NCBI RefSeq assembly: GCF_000039765.1
Contig: NC_004459.3
Span: 3,196,104 to 3,228,103 of the forward strand
Reading direction: 5' to 3'
Source of the DNA: Vibrio vulnificus CMCP6
GTDB taxonomy: Bacteria; Pseudomonadota; Gammaproteobacteria; Enterobacterales; Vibrionaceae
DNA: 32,000 bases
A program made the position numbers and the translations under genes. Positions 11,604 through 21,659 of the stretch are shown in pieces (the first letter of the stretch is position 1; every line of letters starts with the position of its first letter). Below the pieces are notes generated by a model that saw nothing but the letters and a program-made list of their open reading frames with translations, had not been told where the DNA came from and made no database searches.

Positions 11604-12617
11604 ATGACAAGAAAACACATCTATATTGCCTACACTGGCGGTACTATCGGCATGAAGAAGTCTGATCATGGCTACATTCCTGTCGCTGGTTTCATGGAAA
11701 AGCAGTTAGCAAACATGCCGGAATTCCATCGCCCAGAAATGCCGCAATACACCATTCACGAATACGAACCATTGATGGACTCTTCAGATATGACCCCTGA
11801 AGATTGGCAACACATTGCCAACGACATTCGTGACAACTATGACAAATACGATGGTTTCGTTATCCTACACGGCACCGACACCATGGCGTATACCGCTTCG
11901 GCGCTCTCCTTCATGTTGGAAAACCTTGGTAAGCCAGTCATTGTCACAGGCTCTCAAATTCCCTTGGCGGAACTGCGCTCTGACGGTCAAGCAAATCTGC
12001 TTAACGCACTACATATTGCAGCCAATTACCCAATCAACGAAGTCACGTTGTTCTTCAATAATCAGTTGATGCGCGGCAACCGCAGTGTGAAATCGCACGC
12101 AGATGGTTTTAATGCGTTTACATCGCCAAACTTACCGCCTCTGCTTGAAGCAGGGATCAACATCCAGATCAGCAACAGCATCAAAGTCGGCGCGCAACCA
12201 GAAGGCGAATTCAAAGTTCATAACATCACCCCGCAACCTATCGGTGTGATCACCATGTACCCAGGCATCTCACACGAAGTGATTCGCAACACCTTACTGC
12301 AGCCAGTGAATGCGATGATTCTGTTGACCTTTGGTGTGGGCAACGCGCCACAAAATCCAGAGCTATTGGCCCATCTTAAAGAAGCGTCTGAACGCGGCGT
12401 GATTGTTGTCAACTTAACGCAATGTTTAGCGGGTAAAGTGAATATGGGTGGTTATGCAACTGGCTGCGCCCTCGCAGAAGCAGGCGTGATCAGCGGTTAC
12501 GATATGACGCCTGAAGCAGCCTTAGCAAAACTTCACTACCTATTGAGTCAAAATCTGTCTTATGAAGAAGTGAAAGCACAAATGCAGCAAGTGCTGCGTG
12601 GTGAGATGAGCTTATAA
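11604..12617 (+). CDS. ansA: Type I (cytoplasmic) L-asparaginase
   Basis: IYIAYTGGTIGMKKSDHGYIPVAG, DGFVILHGTDTMAYTASALSFMLENLGKPVIVTGSQIPL and LNALHIAANY. Confidence 0.95.
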   Translation: MTRKHIYIAYTGGTIGMKKSDHGYIPVAGFMEKQLANMPEFHRPEMPQYTIHEYEPLMDSSDMTPEDWQHIANDIRDNYDKYDGFVILHGTDTMAYTASALSFMLENLGKPVIVTGSQIPLAELRSDGQANLLNALHIAANYPINEVTLFFNNQLMRGNRSVKSHADGFNAFTSPNLPPLLEAGINIQISNSIKVGAQPEGEFKVHNITPQPIGVITMYPGISHEVIRNTLLQPVNAMILLTFGVGNAPQNPELLAHLKEASERGVIVVNLTQCLAGKVNMGGYATGCALAEAGVISGYDMTPEAALAKLHYLLSQNLSYEEVKAQMQQVLRGEMSL

Positions 12618-12627
12618 AGTAAAAACC

Positions 12628-12669
12628 AAGAACCTGGATCTATTCTAGGTTCTAGGTTCTAGGTTCTTT
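12628..12669. terminator. Terminator-like hairpin between convergent ansA and yeaC, built from tandem repeats
   Basis: Left arm AAGAACCT (12628-12635) pairs with AGGTTCTT (12661-12668). The intervening (TTCTAGG)x3 offers alternative right arms. Confidence 0.55.
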
Positions 12670-12674
12670 AACGA

Positions 12675-12959
12675 CTAATCTCTATTTGGATTAACGCGGA
12701 CAATATCTTCCTGACCCGATTGAAACTGTTTTTTCAGCTCTGCTTTCGACTTAAAGCAGATTTCCCCACCCGCAGCCACTGACATATGCTCAGCATCAAT
12801 ATTGTGCTTAGATTGATACAACATCACAGCTTGCATACAGGAATCTCGCTGTGTTTGTGAAAGTGGTGTACCCTCTGGCCAACGTCCTGTTTCTACTGCA
12901 TACGTCAGACGTTGGTAAACTTCTGGTGTCATTGCGCTGAGTAGCTGCTCTGTGTTCAT
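12675..12959 (-). CDS. yeaC: YeaC-like (DUF1315) family protein
   Basis: MNTEQLLSAMTPEVYQRLTYAVETGRWPEGTPLSQTQRDSCMQAVMLYQSKHN matches the remembered YeaC family pattern; short conserved ORF. Confidence 0.8.
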   Translation of the reverse strand: MNTEQLLSAMTPEVYQRLTYAVETGRWPEGTPLSQTQRDSCMQAVMLYQSKHNIDAEHMSVAAGGEICFKSKAELKKQFQSGQEDIVRVNPNRD

Positions 12960-13063
12960 AACATACCTTTACACTAACATTTTGTTCACAGAACATATCT
13001 GGATACTAAACTGAGTCAAGAAACAGTAAATAAATTGTTGTAATGGATCACAAGCAAATCACC

Positions 13064-13882
13064 ATGAGTAAAAAAACTTGGCTATTCGCCCTTAGCATAC
13101 CGCTGCTACTCAGTGGCTGCTTAGAAGGCAACAAAACCACGGAAGAACTGTGTCAATCACAACCAGGGCTACGCTGTGAAAAACTGAATATGGATGACGG
13201 GCAGTGCCGTGTTGCACGTACTGACCTCATTTGGCACCGCTTTGAGGTGCTGAAAAACCCATCCGACAGTAACAAGATTAAGGAATACAAGCTAACCGCA
13301 GAGTATCGCAAGTGCTTGGAGTTGGCTTCGCAAATTACACCCATCGATCAAAGTGCGTTAAAACAAAAACGTTTTAATGCGCTGGTGCATAGCATCTCTG
13401 AGCTTGAACGTATTGTGCAAGAACTTAGCTCTTCACGTGAACCTGAAAGCCTCTATTTCCTCTGGAGCCAGACCGGCAATACCAATGCACGTCGCCAGTT
13501 TTTACAGATGGAAGGTACACCTGCGCTAGAAACCGCTGAAATGCAATACGCCTTGGCAACGTTTTATACCACACGTGATCAAACGAAAACCATCCAACTG
13601 CTTAATCATTCTCTCGAGCTGACTAAAGACGGTAAAGTGAATACCGAAGCGTTAAAATCATTGGCAAGTACCCATCAAGGGTTACGTCAAATGAAGCAAG
13701 CTTACGTTTGGGCAATGGTCGCAAAAGAGTTTGATGTGCCCTTAGCCACAGAGCGAGAAATGCAACTGATGTTTGGCTTTAGTGCGCAGGAGTACAAACA
13801 GTTGGATGCTTTAGCTGAGCAAGTGGCATCCGCACTCGAAAAAGGGCAATACCGCTCTATGATGATCCCGAGTGACTTGTAG
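13064..13882 (+). CDS. DUF2989-like lipoprotein
   Basis: MSKKTWLFALSIPLLLSGCLEGNK lipobox (LLSGC), 272 aa. The family assignment is from memory. Confidence 0.72.
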   Translation: MSKKTWLFALSIPLLLSGCLEGNKTTEELCQSQPGLRCEKLNMDDGQCRVARTDLIWHRFEVLKNPSDSNKIKEYKLTAEYRKCLELASQITPIDQSALKQKRFNALVHSISELERIVQELSSSREPESLYFLWSQTGNTNARRQFLQMEGTPALETAEMQYALATFYTTRDQTKTIQLLNHSLELTKDGKVNTEALKSLASTHQGLRQMKQAYVWAMVAKEFDVPLATEREMQLMFGFSAQEYKQLDALAEQVASALEKGQYRSMMIPSDL

Positions 13883-13961
13883 CCTGATACCTTCGTAGCC
13901 ACACGCTGATGACAATGCAGCTTTAGTTCAGCGCTTCTTTCAAAGAACGACGCACTCAAAC

Positions 13962-13987
13962 AAAAACCTTCCACATGGAAGGTTTTT
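13962..13987. terminator. Bidirectional rho-independent terminator
   Basis: Perfect AAAAACCTTCC-acat-GGAAGGTTTTT. Confidence 0.85.
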
Positions 13988-14077
13988 GTCTCTTGGTTAC
14001 TCACGCCATTTTGACTCTTTCAGTATGATAGCAAGACACGATATGACTGAAAGCGGGGAACAGCGTTCGGTGAAAAA

Positions 14078-14494
14078 TCACTCATTAGTTTCAATTTTGT
14101 TGAAAATTAACGACACTGAATTGACACAAAAACGTTCTCCGGTTGTTTTAGGTCCATCAGGAAAAACGTGCCCTAAGTGGCTATCGCATCGTGCACAGCG
14201 GATCTCTACTCGCTTCATTCCGTGACTAAAATCATCTAAATACAGGACAGCCGTCTCATTAATCGGCGCATCAAAACTTGGCCAACCACAGCCTGAGTCG
14301 TATTTGTTAACAGAAGAAAACAGCGGCGCATGACAGCAAGTGCATGCATATTCTCCGCTGTCTTTATTGTGCAGTAGCTTGCCACTAAAAGGAGGTTCGG
14401 TTCCTTGCTCACGACACACATGATATTCCTGTTCAGACAACTGCTCACGCCATTGCTGGTCTGACTTGAGCACAACTTTACTTTCTTTTGTCAC
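14078..14494 (-). CDS. msrB: Peptide-methionine (R)-S-oxide reductase
   Basis: [64 protein letters not shown] and [11 protein letters not shown], including two CxxC zinc motifs. A GTG at 14494 with AGGGAA upstream is a likelier start than the TTG at 14542. Confidence 0.93.
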   Translation of the reverse strand: MTKESKVVLKSDQQWREQLSEQEYHVCREQGTEPPFSGKLLHNKDSGEYACTCCHAPLFSSVNKYDSGCGWPSFDAPINETAVLYLDDFSHGMKRVEIRCARCDSHLGHVFPDGPKTTGERFCVNSVSLIFNKIETNE

Positions 14495-14704
14495 GTCACT
14501 AATTTCCCTTTTTCTTATTAATGTTGACGACTTTTTGTGCAAAAAACTTGCGGAGCATCATGGTTGTAGCACATACTTTCTCACCATCATGTCCTATGTT
14601 TTAAAATTGCTTAGAGCACCTGCTCTTGAGTTATTTTACGCCAATTGGTGAGTAGAATAACCGGTTCAAAGTTTAAAAAACGAGCATTTGCAAAGAATTG
14701 TTAA

Positions 14705-15826
<1,122 letters not shown>

Positions 15827-15871
15827 TTTCTACTTAGTAAAATAAGCACTTAGCGAAGAATTTCGTTAGAC

Positions 15872-15898
15872 AAAAAGGCGACCTTAGGTCGCCTTTTT
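15872..15898 (+). terminator. Rho-independent terminator after gapA
   Basis: AAAAAGGCGACC-tta-GGTCGCCTTTTT. Confidence 0.88.
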
Positions 15899-16008
15899 AG
15901 TATCACGGATTTGAGGTTAGCAATGGAGCTTTAGACTCTCTGCAGTGTCTGACTTCACGGTCCGTTTCTAAAACGAATCTTTTGAAACTGATTGTTAAGG
16001 AAATTCAG

Positions 16009-16893
16009 ATGGATCTTAATTCACTTCCGGCGCTGACTGTCCTGTCTGATTGCGTCACCATTGTTGAAAAAGACAATGTCAAAATTGTTCGTGTGATTCA
16101 CGAGAAAGCAACCGCAGGTATCTCTTTGTTTGGCGGCCATGTTGTCTCCTATCAGCCGACGGGTACAGCTGACGTCATTTGGATGAGTGACAAGGCAGTA
16201 TTTGATGGAAAAACTGCGCTGCGCGGCGGCATTCCGGTTTGTTGGCCTTGGTTTGGCCGCATTGCAGCACCTGCACACGGCTTTGCTCGCACTTCAGAGT
16301 GGGAACTGGTTGAACACCGCGAAAACGACAACGGTGTGATCGTGGAACTCGCCTTGTTCCCGACAGAAGAATCGCACAATCTCTGGCCTCATATGTTTGA
16401 TGTTCGCCTAATCGTCGAGATCGGCGATGAACTGAAAGTGTCACTCAACATTCTTAATATTGATGACGACGCATTCACTTTCTCGGGCGCTCTGCATACC
16501 TATTTGAACGTCGGTGATATTGAACAAACTCAAACTATGGGCATGGGCTCTGAGTACATTGACAGTTTGAAAGCGGGCGAACTATGCAATGGCGGTGAAG
16601 TTTTACAATTGACCGACACGATCGATCGCGTCTACACGCAACCTGAGAAAGAGATTGTGGTTAAAGACCCAGTCATTGAACGTACTCTGTGCATTGAAAA
16701 CCAAGGTCACAACAGCGCCGTGCTCTGGAACCCTTGGGCTCAAGGTGCCGCTGGCATGGCGGACATGAGCGATGACGGTTACAAAACCATGCTGTGTGTA
16801 GAATCCACTCTGCATGCAGACAGTATTACTCAGGGCAAAACGCTCAACCCTGGCGAAAGTCACCAGTTAATCACTGTGCTTTCTGCGCGCTAA
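16009..16893 (+). CDS. yeaD: D-hexose-6-phosphate mutarotase (aldose 1-epimerase family, YeaD-like)
   Basis: LFGGHVVSYQPTGTADVIWMSDKAVFDGKTALRGGIPVCWPWFG and AHGFARTSEWEL; position directly downstream of gapA. ATG at 16009 chosen over 15982. Confidence 0.9.
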   Translation: MDLNSLPALTVLSDCVTIVEKDNVKIVRVIHEKATAGISLFGGHVVSYQPTGTADVIWMSDKAVFDGKTALRGGIPVCWPWFGRIAAPAHGFARTSEWELVEHRENDNGVIVELALFPTEESHNLWPHMFDVRLIVEIGDELKVSLNILNIDDDAFTFSGALHTYLNVGDIEQTQTMGMGSEYIDSLKAGELCNGGEVLQLTDTIDRVYTQPEKEIVVKDPVIERTLCIENQGHNSAVLWNPWAQGAAGMADMSDDGYKTMLCVESTLHADSITQGKTLNPGESHQLITVLSAR

Positions 16894-16910
16894 AACTGAT
16901 CACCGCACAA

Positions 16911-16938
16911 AACGCAGTGGCAAACGTTCACTGCGTTG
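16911..16938 (+). terminator. Probable terminator after yeaD
   Basis: AACGCAGTG-gcaaacgtt-CACTGCGTT followed by GTTT; the T tract is weak. Confidence 0.5.
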
Positions 16939-17102
16939 TTTATCCCATCAATATTCGTGGTCATTCCATCACCACAAATGAGCAATTACTTAATAAATAT
17001 CAATTAATTCTATCAATCTTCGGCTATTATCCCTTCCATTATTACAATCTATTCTTTCAAACATACATCGTGTAGAGGCTGCTGATTTCAGCAGGAATAA
17101 CA

Positions 17103-19139
17103 GTGCTAGAAAAATATAAAAATCAAAGCGTCGGTTTTCAGTTAAAACTGGTGATTACGCTATGCCTTATCATCGCCTTTGGCGGAACCGCCACTCTTGT
17201 CTATCGTAATGCATCTGACGTGCTACTCGAAAACACGCTTCGGGAACACCAATCAAAAGTGGAATCCATGGCAGCAACCATTGCTGGCCAATTTGATGCC
17301 TATTTACAAACCGCGAAGGTACTTGAATCCACTTTCCGCAATGGTTACTTAGCCGGTATCTATGTGGAAGATTACCAAGTGGATTTTAATGGCAAATCGC
17401 TGCGTAATATCACGCAATACGGTGACAGCCTGATTAATGACACCAAACTTGTCGACAGTTTCACGCGAGATACTGGCGCAGTAGCGACTATTTTTGCTCC
17501 GCTTGGCGATGATTTTATTCGTGTTTCAACCTCGCTAAAAAATCCTTCAGGGCAACGAGTTGTTGGTAGCACTTTAGGCTACAACCACCCAGCCTATCAG
17601 AAGCTCCGCGCAGGGCAGCCCTATTACGCGCAAGTGAAGTTGTTTGGTGAAAGCTACATTACCTATTACTCGCCCATTCTTGACGCACAGAACAAAGTCA
17701 CTGGTGTTTCTTTTATCGGCTTACCCGTGCAAAAAGCAACAGAAGATCTCTTCAGTGCGTTGAATCAGGTGAAATGGGGTGACACAGGGTACACCATCGT
17801 CGTAGATAACGAGCAAAGCAACCTTGGTAAGTACTTGCTGCATCCAACCCGAACCCAAAATGATCCTTCTATTATCGATACCGCAGATTACGACGGCAAC
17901 AAACCCTATGTCGCGATTTTTGAAAACAAAAGTGGTTTGATTCGCTACCGCCATGAATATCAAGGTACTGTTGGGGAAAAATACCTCGTCTATACGGAAA
18001 TTCCTGGCTGGAACTGGAAGCTTCTTGGCGGCACCTTCATTTCAGAAGTGACGAAAGGAAGTCAAACGCTGCTTAAGCTGATTATCGCCATTGCCACCGC
18101 CGTGGCCGTTGCTACATTTGCAATCTTGACGTTTGCCATCAATCGTAATCTTCACCCTTTAACGGCCTTAAATGCTCTGATGGCAAGACTTGCCAAAGGT
18201 GAAGTGAGCATTCAAATTGCGAGCACGGGTCAGCCTTCAAAAAATGAGATCACCAACCTCACCAACGGCGTTGCCAACATGGCAAATCAGCTCAACATGC
18301 TGGTCGGTGAAATTCGTCAAACGGCTGAAACCGTGTATATCGCGTCACACAGTGTTTCTGAAGATGCAGGGAATAACCTGACTCAGGCAGATCGCCAACA
18401 GGAACAGGTGGAGCAAGTGGTGACGGCCATTGAAGAGATGGCCACCTCAGCTCAGTCGGTCGCTCAACAAGTGGAGAACATTGCGGATAACGTTCGCAGT
18501 GCAAATGAGGATAGTCAATCTGGATTGAGCCTAGTGGAAGGTGTCTGCATTGATGTGGCAGAACTGAATGATCAACTTGATCGCTCTGCCCATGCCATCA
18601 AACAAGTCAACACCGACAGCGAAAGCATTCAAACCGTGACGAAAATGATCGATGAAATTGCAGAGCAAACCAATTTACTGGCACTCAATGCCGCCATCGA
18701 AGCAGCGCGAGCCGGCGAACAAGGCCGTGGCTTCGCAGTGGTTGCTGATGAAGTAAGAACGCTTGCTCACCGTACTCAAACTTCGGTCAAGGATGTGGTT
18801 CAGATTATCGAGAAACTTAAAGCTTCCACAGGTAATGCGGTGGGGCTAATGAGCCAAAGCCAGCAAAGTGCCAATCAAGTGCTTGATAAGGCGCAAGAAG
18901 CAGGTAGCGCCCTAGAAGCCATTGCGAGCCAAGTTCACGCCATTGCGGCACAAGCCGAAACCATTGCCGCCACCTCAGAGCAACAAGCTCAAGTGTCGCA
19001 AGAAATCGCAGCCAATGCTCACTCGATCAGTGATCTTAACCGACAGAGCCGAGCCACCAGCGCGCAAACGTCTGAAAGTGCTGAAGAGCTGCAAAAACAG
19101 GCGAATTCACTTAAATCGCAAGTCGACTTTTTTCACTAA
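17103..19139 (+). CDS. Methyl-accepting chemotaxis protein (Cache-type sensor, HAMP, MCP signalling domain)
   Basis: N-terminal TM, large periplasmic region ([41 protein letters not shown]), HAMP ([14 protein letters not shown]) and signalling hairpin [48 protein letters not shown] start. Confidence 0.95.
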   Translation: MLEKYKNQSVGFQLKLVITLCLIIAFGGTATLVYRNASDVLLENTLREHQSKVESMAATIAGQFDAYLQTAKVLESTFRNGYLAGIYVEDYQVDFNGKSLRNITQYGDSLINDTKLVDSFTRDTGAVATIFAPLGDDFIRVSTSLKNPSGQRVVGSTLGYNHPAYQKLRAGQPYYAQVKLFGESYITYYSPILDAQNKVTGVSFIGLPVQKATEDLFSALNQVKWGDTGYTIVVDNEQSNLGKYLLHPTRTQNDPSIIDTADYDGNKPYVAIFENKSGLIRYRHEYQGTVGEKYLVYTEIPGWNWKLLGGTFISEVTKGSQTLLKLIIAIATAVAVATFAILTFAINRNLHPLTALNALMARLAKGEVSIQIASTGQPSKNEITNLTNGVANMANQLNMLVGEIRQTAETVYIASHSVSEDAGNNLTQADRQQEQVEQVVTAIEEMATSAQSVAQQVENIADNVRSANEDSQSGLSLVEGVCIDVAELNDQLDRSAHAIKQVNTDSESIQTVTKMIDEIAEQTNLLALNAAIEAARAGEQGRGFAVVADEVRTLAHRTQTSVKDVVQIIEKLKASTGNAVGLMSQSQQSANQVLDKAQEAGSALEAIASQVHAIAAQAETIAATSEQQAQVSQEIAANAHSISDLNRQSRATSAQTSESAEELQKQANSLKSQVDFFH

Positions 19140-19157
19140 TTCGAAGAGCGAGCAAAA

Positions 19158-19184
19158 ACAAAGGGCGAGTTTTCGCCCTTTGTT
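19158..19184. terminator. Terminator between convergent MCP and LruC-domain genes
   Basis: AACAAAGGGCG-agtttt-CGCCCTTTGTT. Confidence 0.75.
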
Positions 19185-19201
19185 GTCTTTGACTTTGAGT
19201 G

Positions 19202-20890
19202 TTAATTACACTTCCAGCACTTCCCTTTTACCCAAGTGTTAAACCACGTTGTAGAACTCACGCCTCCCGACTCAGCCCAATCCACCACCTGCGGATAAGC
19301 CAAGGTGCTATCGATGTTTTCATAAGGGTGTTTCCAGGCGGTTGGAATCGAAAGTGCCCAAGGCAATCCGTCTGCAGTAAGATAGTATTCTCCCGCTTGA
19401 GTATTCGTCGCATCCACACCCTGCCCAAATGAGGCTTGATTGGCCAAGTCACTGCTTGGGTAATTCATCAAGTGCACTTCCCTTCCTCTTTGTGCTGCTC
19501 GGAAGATAAAGGGATTCAGCGTATGGCTGGCAAGAGGTGGCATTGAGCTATTGAGTATTAGAGAGACACTGTAATCGACGACAGGTCTGTCATCACCCAT
19601 CTCTGTATTGTAAAACTCACTGTTGGCATCGCCAGGTAACAAAGTACTGATGCTTTCCAAAACCACAAACACCAACTCACCACTGTGTCCATTTTCAGCC
19701 ACCATGCTGGCACTGACGCCATCGACGACACGAGTCAAACTGCTTACATCTGCAGATTCTATGCCCGCGATCGACAAGGCAAAGCGATTATCCACAGACG
19801 CCCCTCTTGCTACCGCCTGACCAATAAAATCTAGACGCGTAATCTGATTGTTCGCGTTGGTGTACACCTCATACGCGTAATGTGAGACAAAATCGTTGAG
19901 ATCATAATCACCGGCAAATGGCCACATGTCTTCATAAGTAAGAGTATACCAACCCGACGTAGGGGTACGCGCGTAAAAGGCAATGGTTGGGTCGTTAGGC
20001 GCATAATCGTTGGCATCCGCCACACCATCACCATCTGAGTCACCAATCGCAGGCCATTCTATTTCGGTGATATCACTGATTAAACCATTGGTATCTTCGG
20101 CCTGTACTTGTACTTTCCAGCGCTCACCATTGTTAGTTTGTGCAGCGGGTACAGACGGACCGGTGTGATTGTTTTTACCCGCAAATTCATCATCAACAAA
20201 GAATCCCTGCCCAACATCAACAAACCAACGATAGTTATAACTGACTGAATCACCGTCTGGATCAGCGGGGTTAGGGCCAACAATTGACACCACGAGATCA
20301 TCATTGGTTGAAAGCCCTTGGCTACGACTCAATTCGGGCACATACGGTGGTGTATTGCTCGTCACCAAATAGGTCACCGTCATTAAGCTGTAGTCCAAGG
20401 TTGTTAGCCAGCCACCATTGTTCATATCGATATCCAAATAAACATTGATCAAACCATCAGCCAAAGAGGAAATCGGTAATGCAAACTCTGTGATTGACCA
20501 AGTGTTGTTGGTTCCTTGTAAAAATCCAGGATTCAGTTGAACACCATCGACAGAAACGCCGTCGTATTCACCGTTTTCTCCGTGAAACGCTTCCGAGTCC
20601 ACATCATAGGCATAAATAGTGAGTTTCGCTTCGAGCACTTGCGCCCCATCGGGCAATGTGATGCTGTGCTGCCAGCCATAATCTTGATTCGCATTACTGT
20701 AGATGCCAAAGCCGTATGCCCCCGGAGAGCTGTAGTGAGGTGCACTACTGTTTTCATCGACGGTTTGCGTAACAGTGACGGAGCCATCCCCATTGACAAC
20801 TTGACTGTCATTAGTGGCGGCAGACCAAGCCAAATGGCCGATCAAACTAAGAGGGGCACCGCAGATCCAAAATATCGTTGTTTTCTTCAT
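19202..20890 (-). CDS. LruC domain-containing secreted protein
   Basis: Signal peptide MKKTTIFWICGAPLSLIGHLAWSA; GDSDGDGVADANDYAPNDPTIAF Ca-binding-like motif leading into WYTLTYEDMWPFAGDYDLNDFVSHYAYEVYTN, characteristic of the LruC C-terminal domain. ATG at 20890. Confidence 0.8.
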   Translation of the reverse strand: MKKTTIFWICGAPLSLIGHLAWSAATNDSQVVNGDGSVTVTQTVDENSSAPHYSSPGAYGFGIYSNANQDYGWQHSITLPDGAQVLEAKLTIYAYDVDSEAFHGENGEYDGVSVDGVQLNPGFLQGTNNTWSITEFALPISSLADGLINVYLDIDMNNGGWLTTLDYSLMTVTYLVTSNTPPYVPELSRSQGLSTNDDLVVSIVGPNPADPDGDSVSYNYRWFVDVGQGFFVDDEFAGKNNHTGPSVPAAQTNNGERWKVQVQAEDTNGLISDITEIEWPAIGDSDGDGVADANDYAPNDPTIAFYARTPTSGWYTLTYEDMWPFAGDYDLNDFVSHYAYEVYTNANNQITRLDFIGQAVARGASVDNRFALSIAGIESADVSSLTRVVDGVSASMVAENGHSGELVFVVLESISTLLPGDANSEFYNTEMGDDRPVVDYSVSLILNSSMPPLASHTLNPFIFRAAQRGREVHLMNYPSSDLANQASFGQGVDATNTQAGEYYLTADGLPWALSIPTAWKHPYENIDSTLAYPQVVDWAESGGVSSTTWFNTWVKGKCWKCN

Positions 20891-20900
20891 GATGATTCTC

Positions 20901-21377
20901 CTAGTCCGACTCAAGCGCAATGTCACAACCCAAGGCGATCACATTGTCCATTGCGGAAATTTCCGTGCTTGATACGCACTCAATTTCTCTCACTGTCGAT
21001 ACCGCTTGGATTGCCTGCCAGTGCCCAGAGAGTTCAATTGCATAGCTCAGCTCCCCAGAGTTTTCCGTCAGCCCCGTAAACAACGGAGTCGCATCGACTA
21101 CGTCGTCTATCACACTGAACAGGCTTACCACATGCTGCCCTCGAATCGGCATGGCTTCTCCCTGCTGAACACTGTAGTTACTCACAACTTTAATGGTCAC
21201 TTGACGATTTTCGCTACTGCGCCACTCAAACCCTGTCGGCGCCGTAATGTCGGTAAACTGAGTCTGCACGGCTGGCGAAGAAGGTGCGCTAGAGCCACCA
21301 CCGTCTCCACCTCCACAACCGGTTAACAGGGAAAAGGAGGAACAAATCAATGCTAAAGTTTTTTCTAGGTTACTCAT
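20901..21377 (-). CDS. Small putative lipoprotein of unknown function, upstream of and probably co-transcribed with the LruC-domain gene
   Basis: MSNLEKTLALICSSFSLLTGCGGGDGGGSSAPSS lipobox; 158 aa; its stop is 10 nt from the next start on the same strand. Confidence 0.75.
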   Translation of the reverse strand: MSNLEKTLALICSSFSLLTGCGGGDGGGSSAPSSPAVQTQFTDITAPTGFEWRSSENRQVTIKVVSNYSVQQGEAMPIRGQHVVSLFSVIDDVVDATPLFTGLTENSGELSYAIELSGHWQAIQAVSTVREIECVSSTEISAMDNVIALGCDIALESD

Positions 21378-21659
21378 TCTTCATCTCTCTCATCGCGCAT
21401 TTTTACGACTAAAGCGAAACGCATGCCACAACCTATCCAAATGAAAATTATGTGTTTTTTATAACAAAGAAGGAAAACGCGTGTTTTTTCCAGCATTGAT
21501 TCTCAAATTGGGAATACATTGAACGAGCCCTTGGGAAACGATACTCGCCGCCCAATTTTGATACGCCAATAACATCCCGCCCCTTTCGCGTTTGCAAACC
21601 TTTTTGTGCCCTGATATATGAACATGTGTGATTAACCTGATCCCACTTTGGAGGGAGAT

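Noticed and set aside
13986-14225. 79-codon plus-strand ORF in the gap between the DUF2989 lipoprotein gene and msrB
   Set aside because: Overlaps the msrB 3' end antisense and starts inside a terminator region; no domain recognised.
14466-14651. 61-codon plus-strand ORF upstream of gapA
   Set aside because: Overlaps the msrB start antisense, is short, and has no supporting RBS or motif.
20537-21079. 180-codon plus-strand ORF spanning the lipoprotein/LruC junction
   Set aside because: Antisense to two signal-peptide-bearing genes; low-complexity reverse-frame composition.
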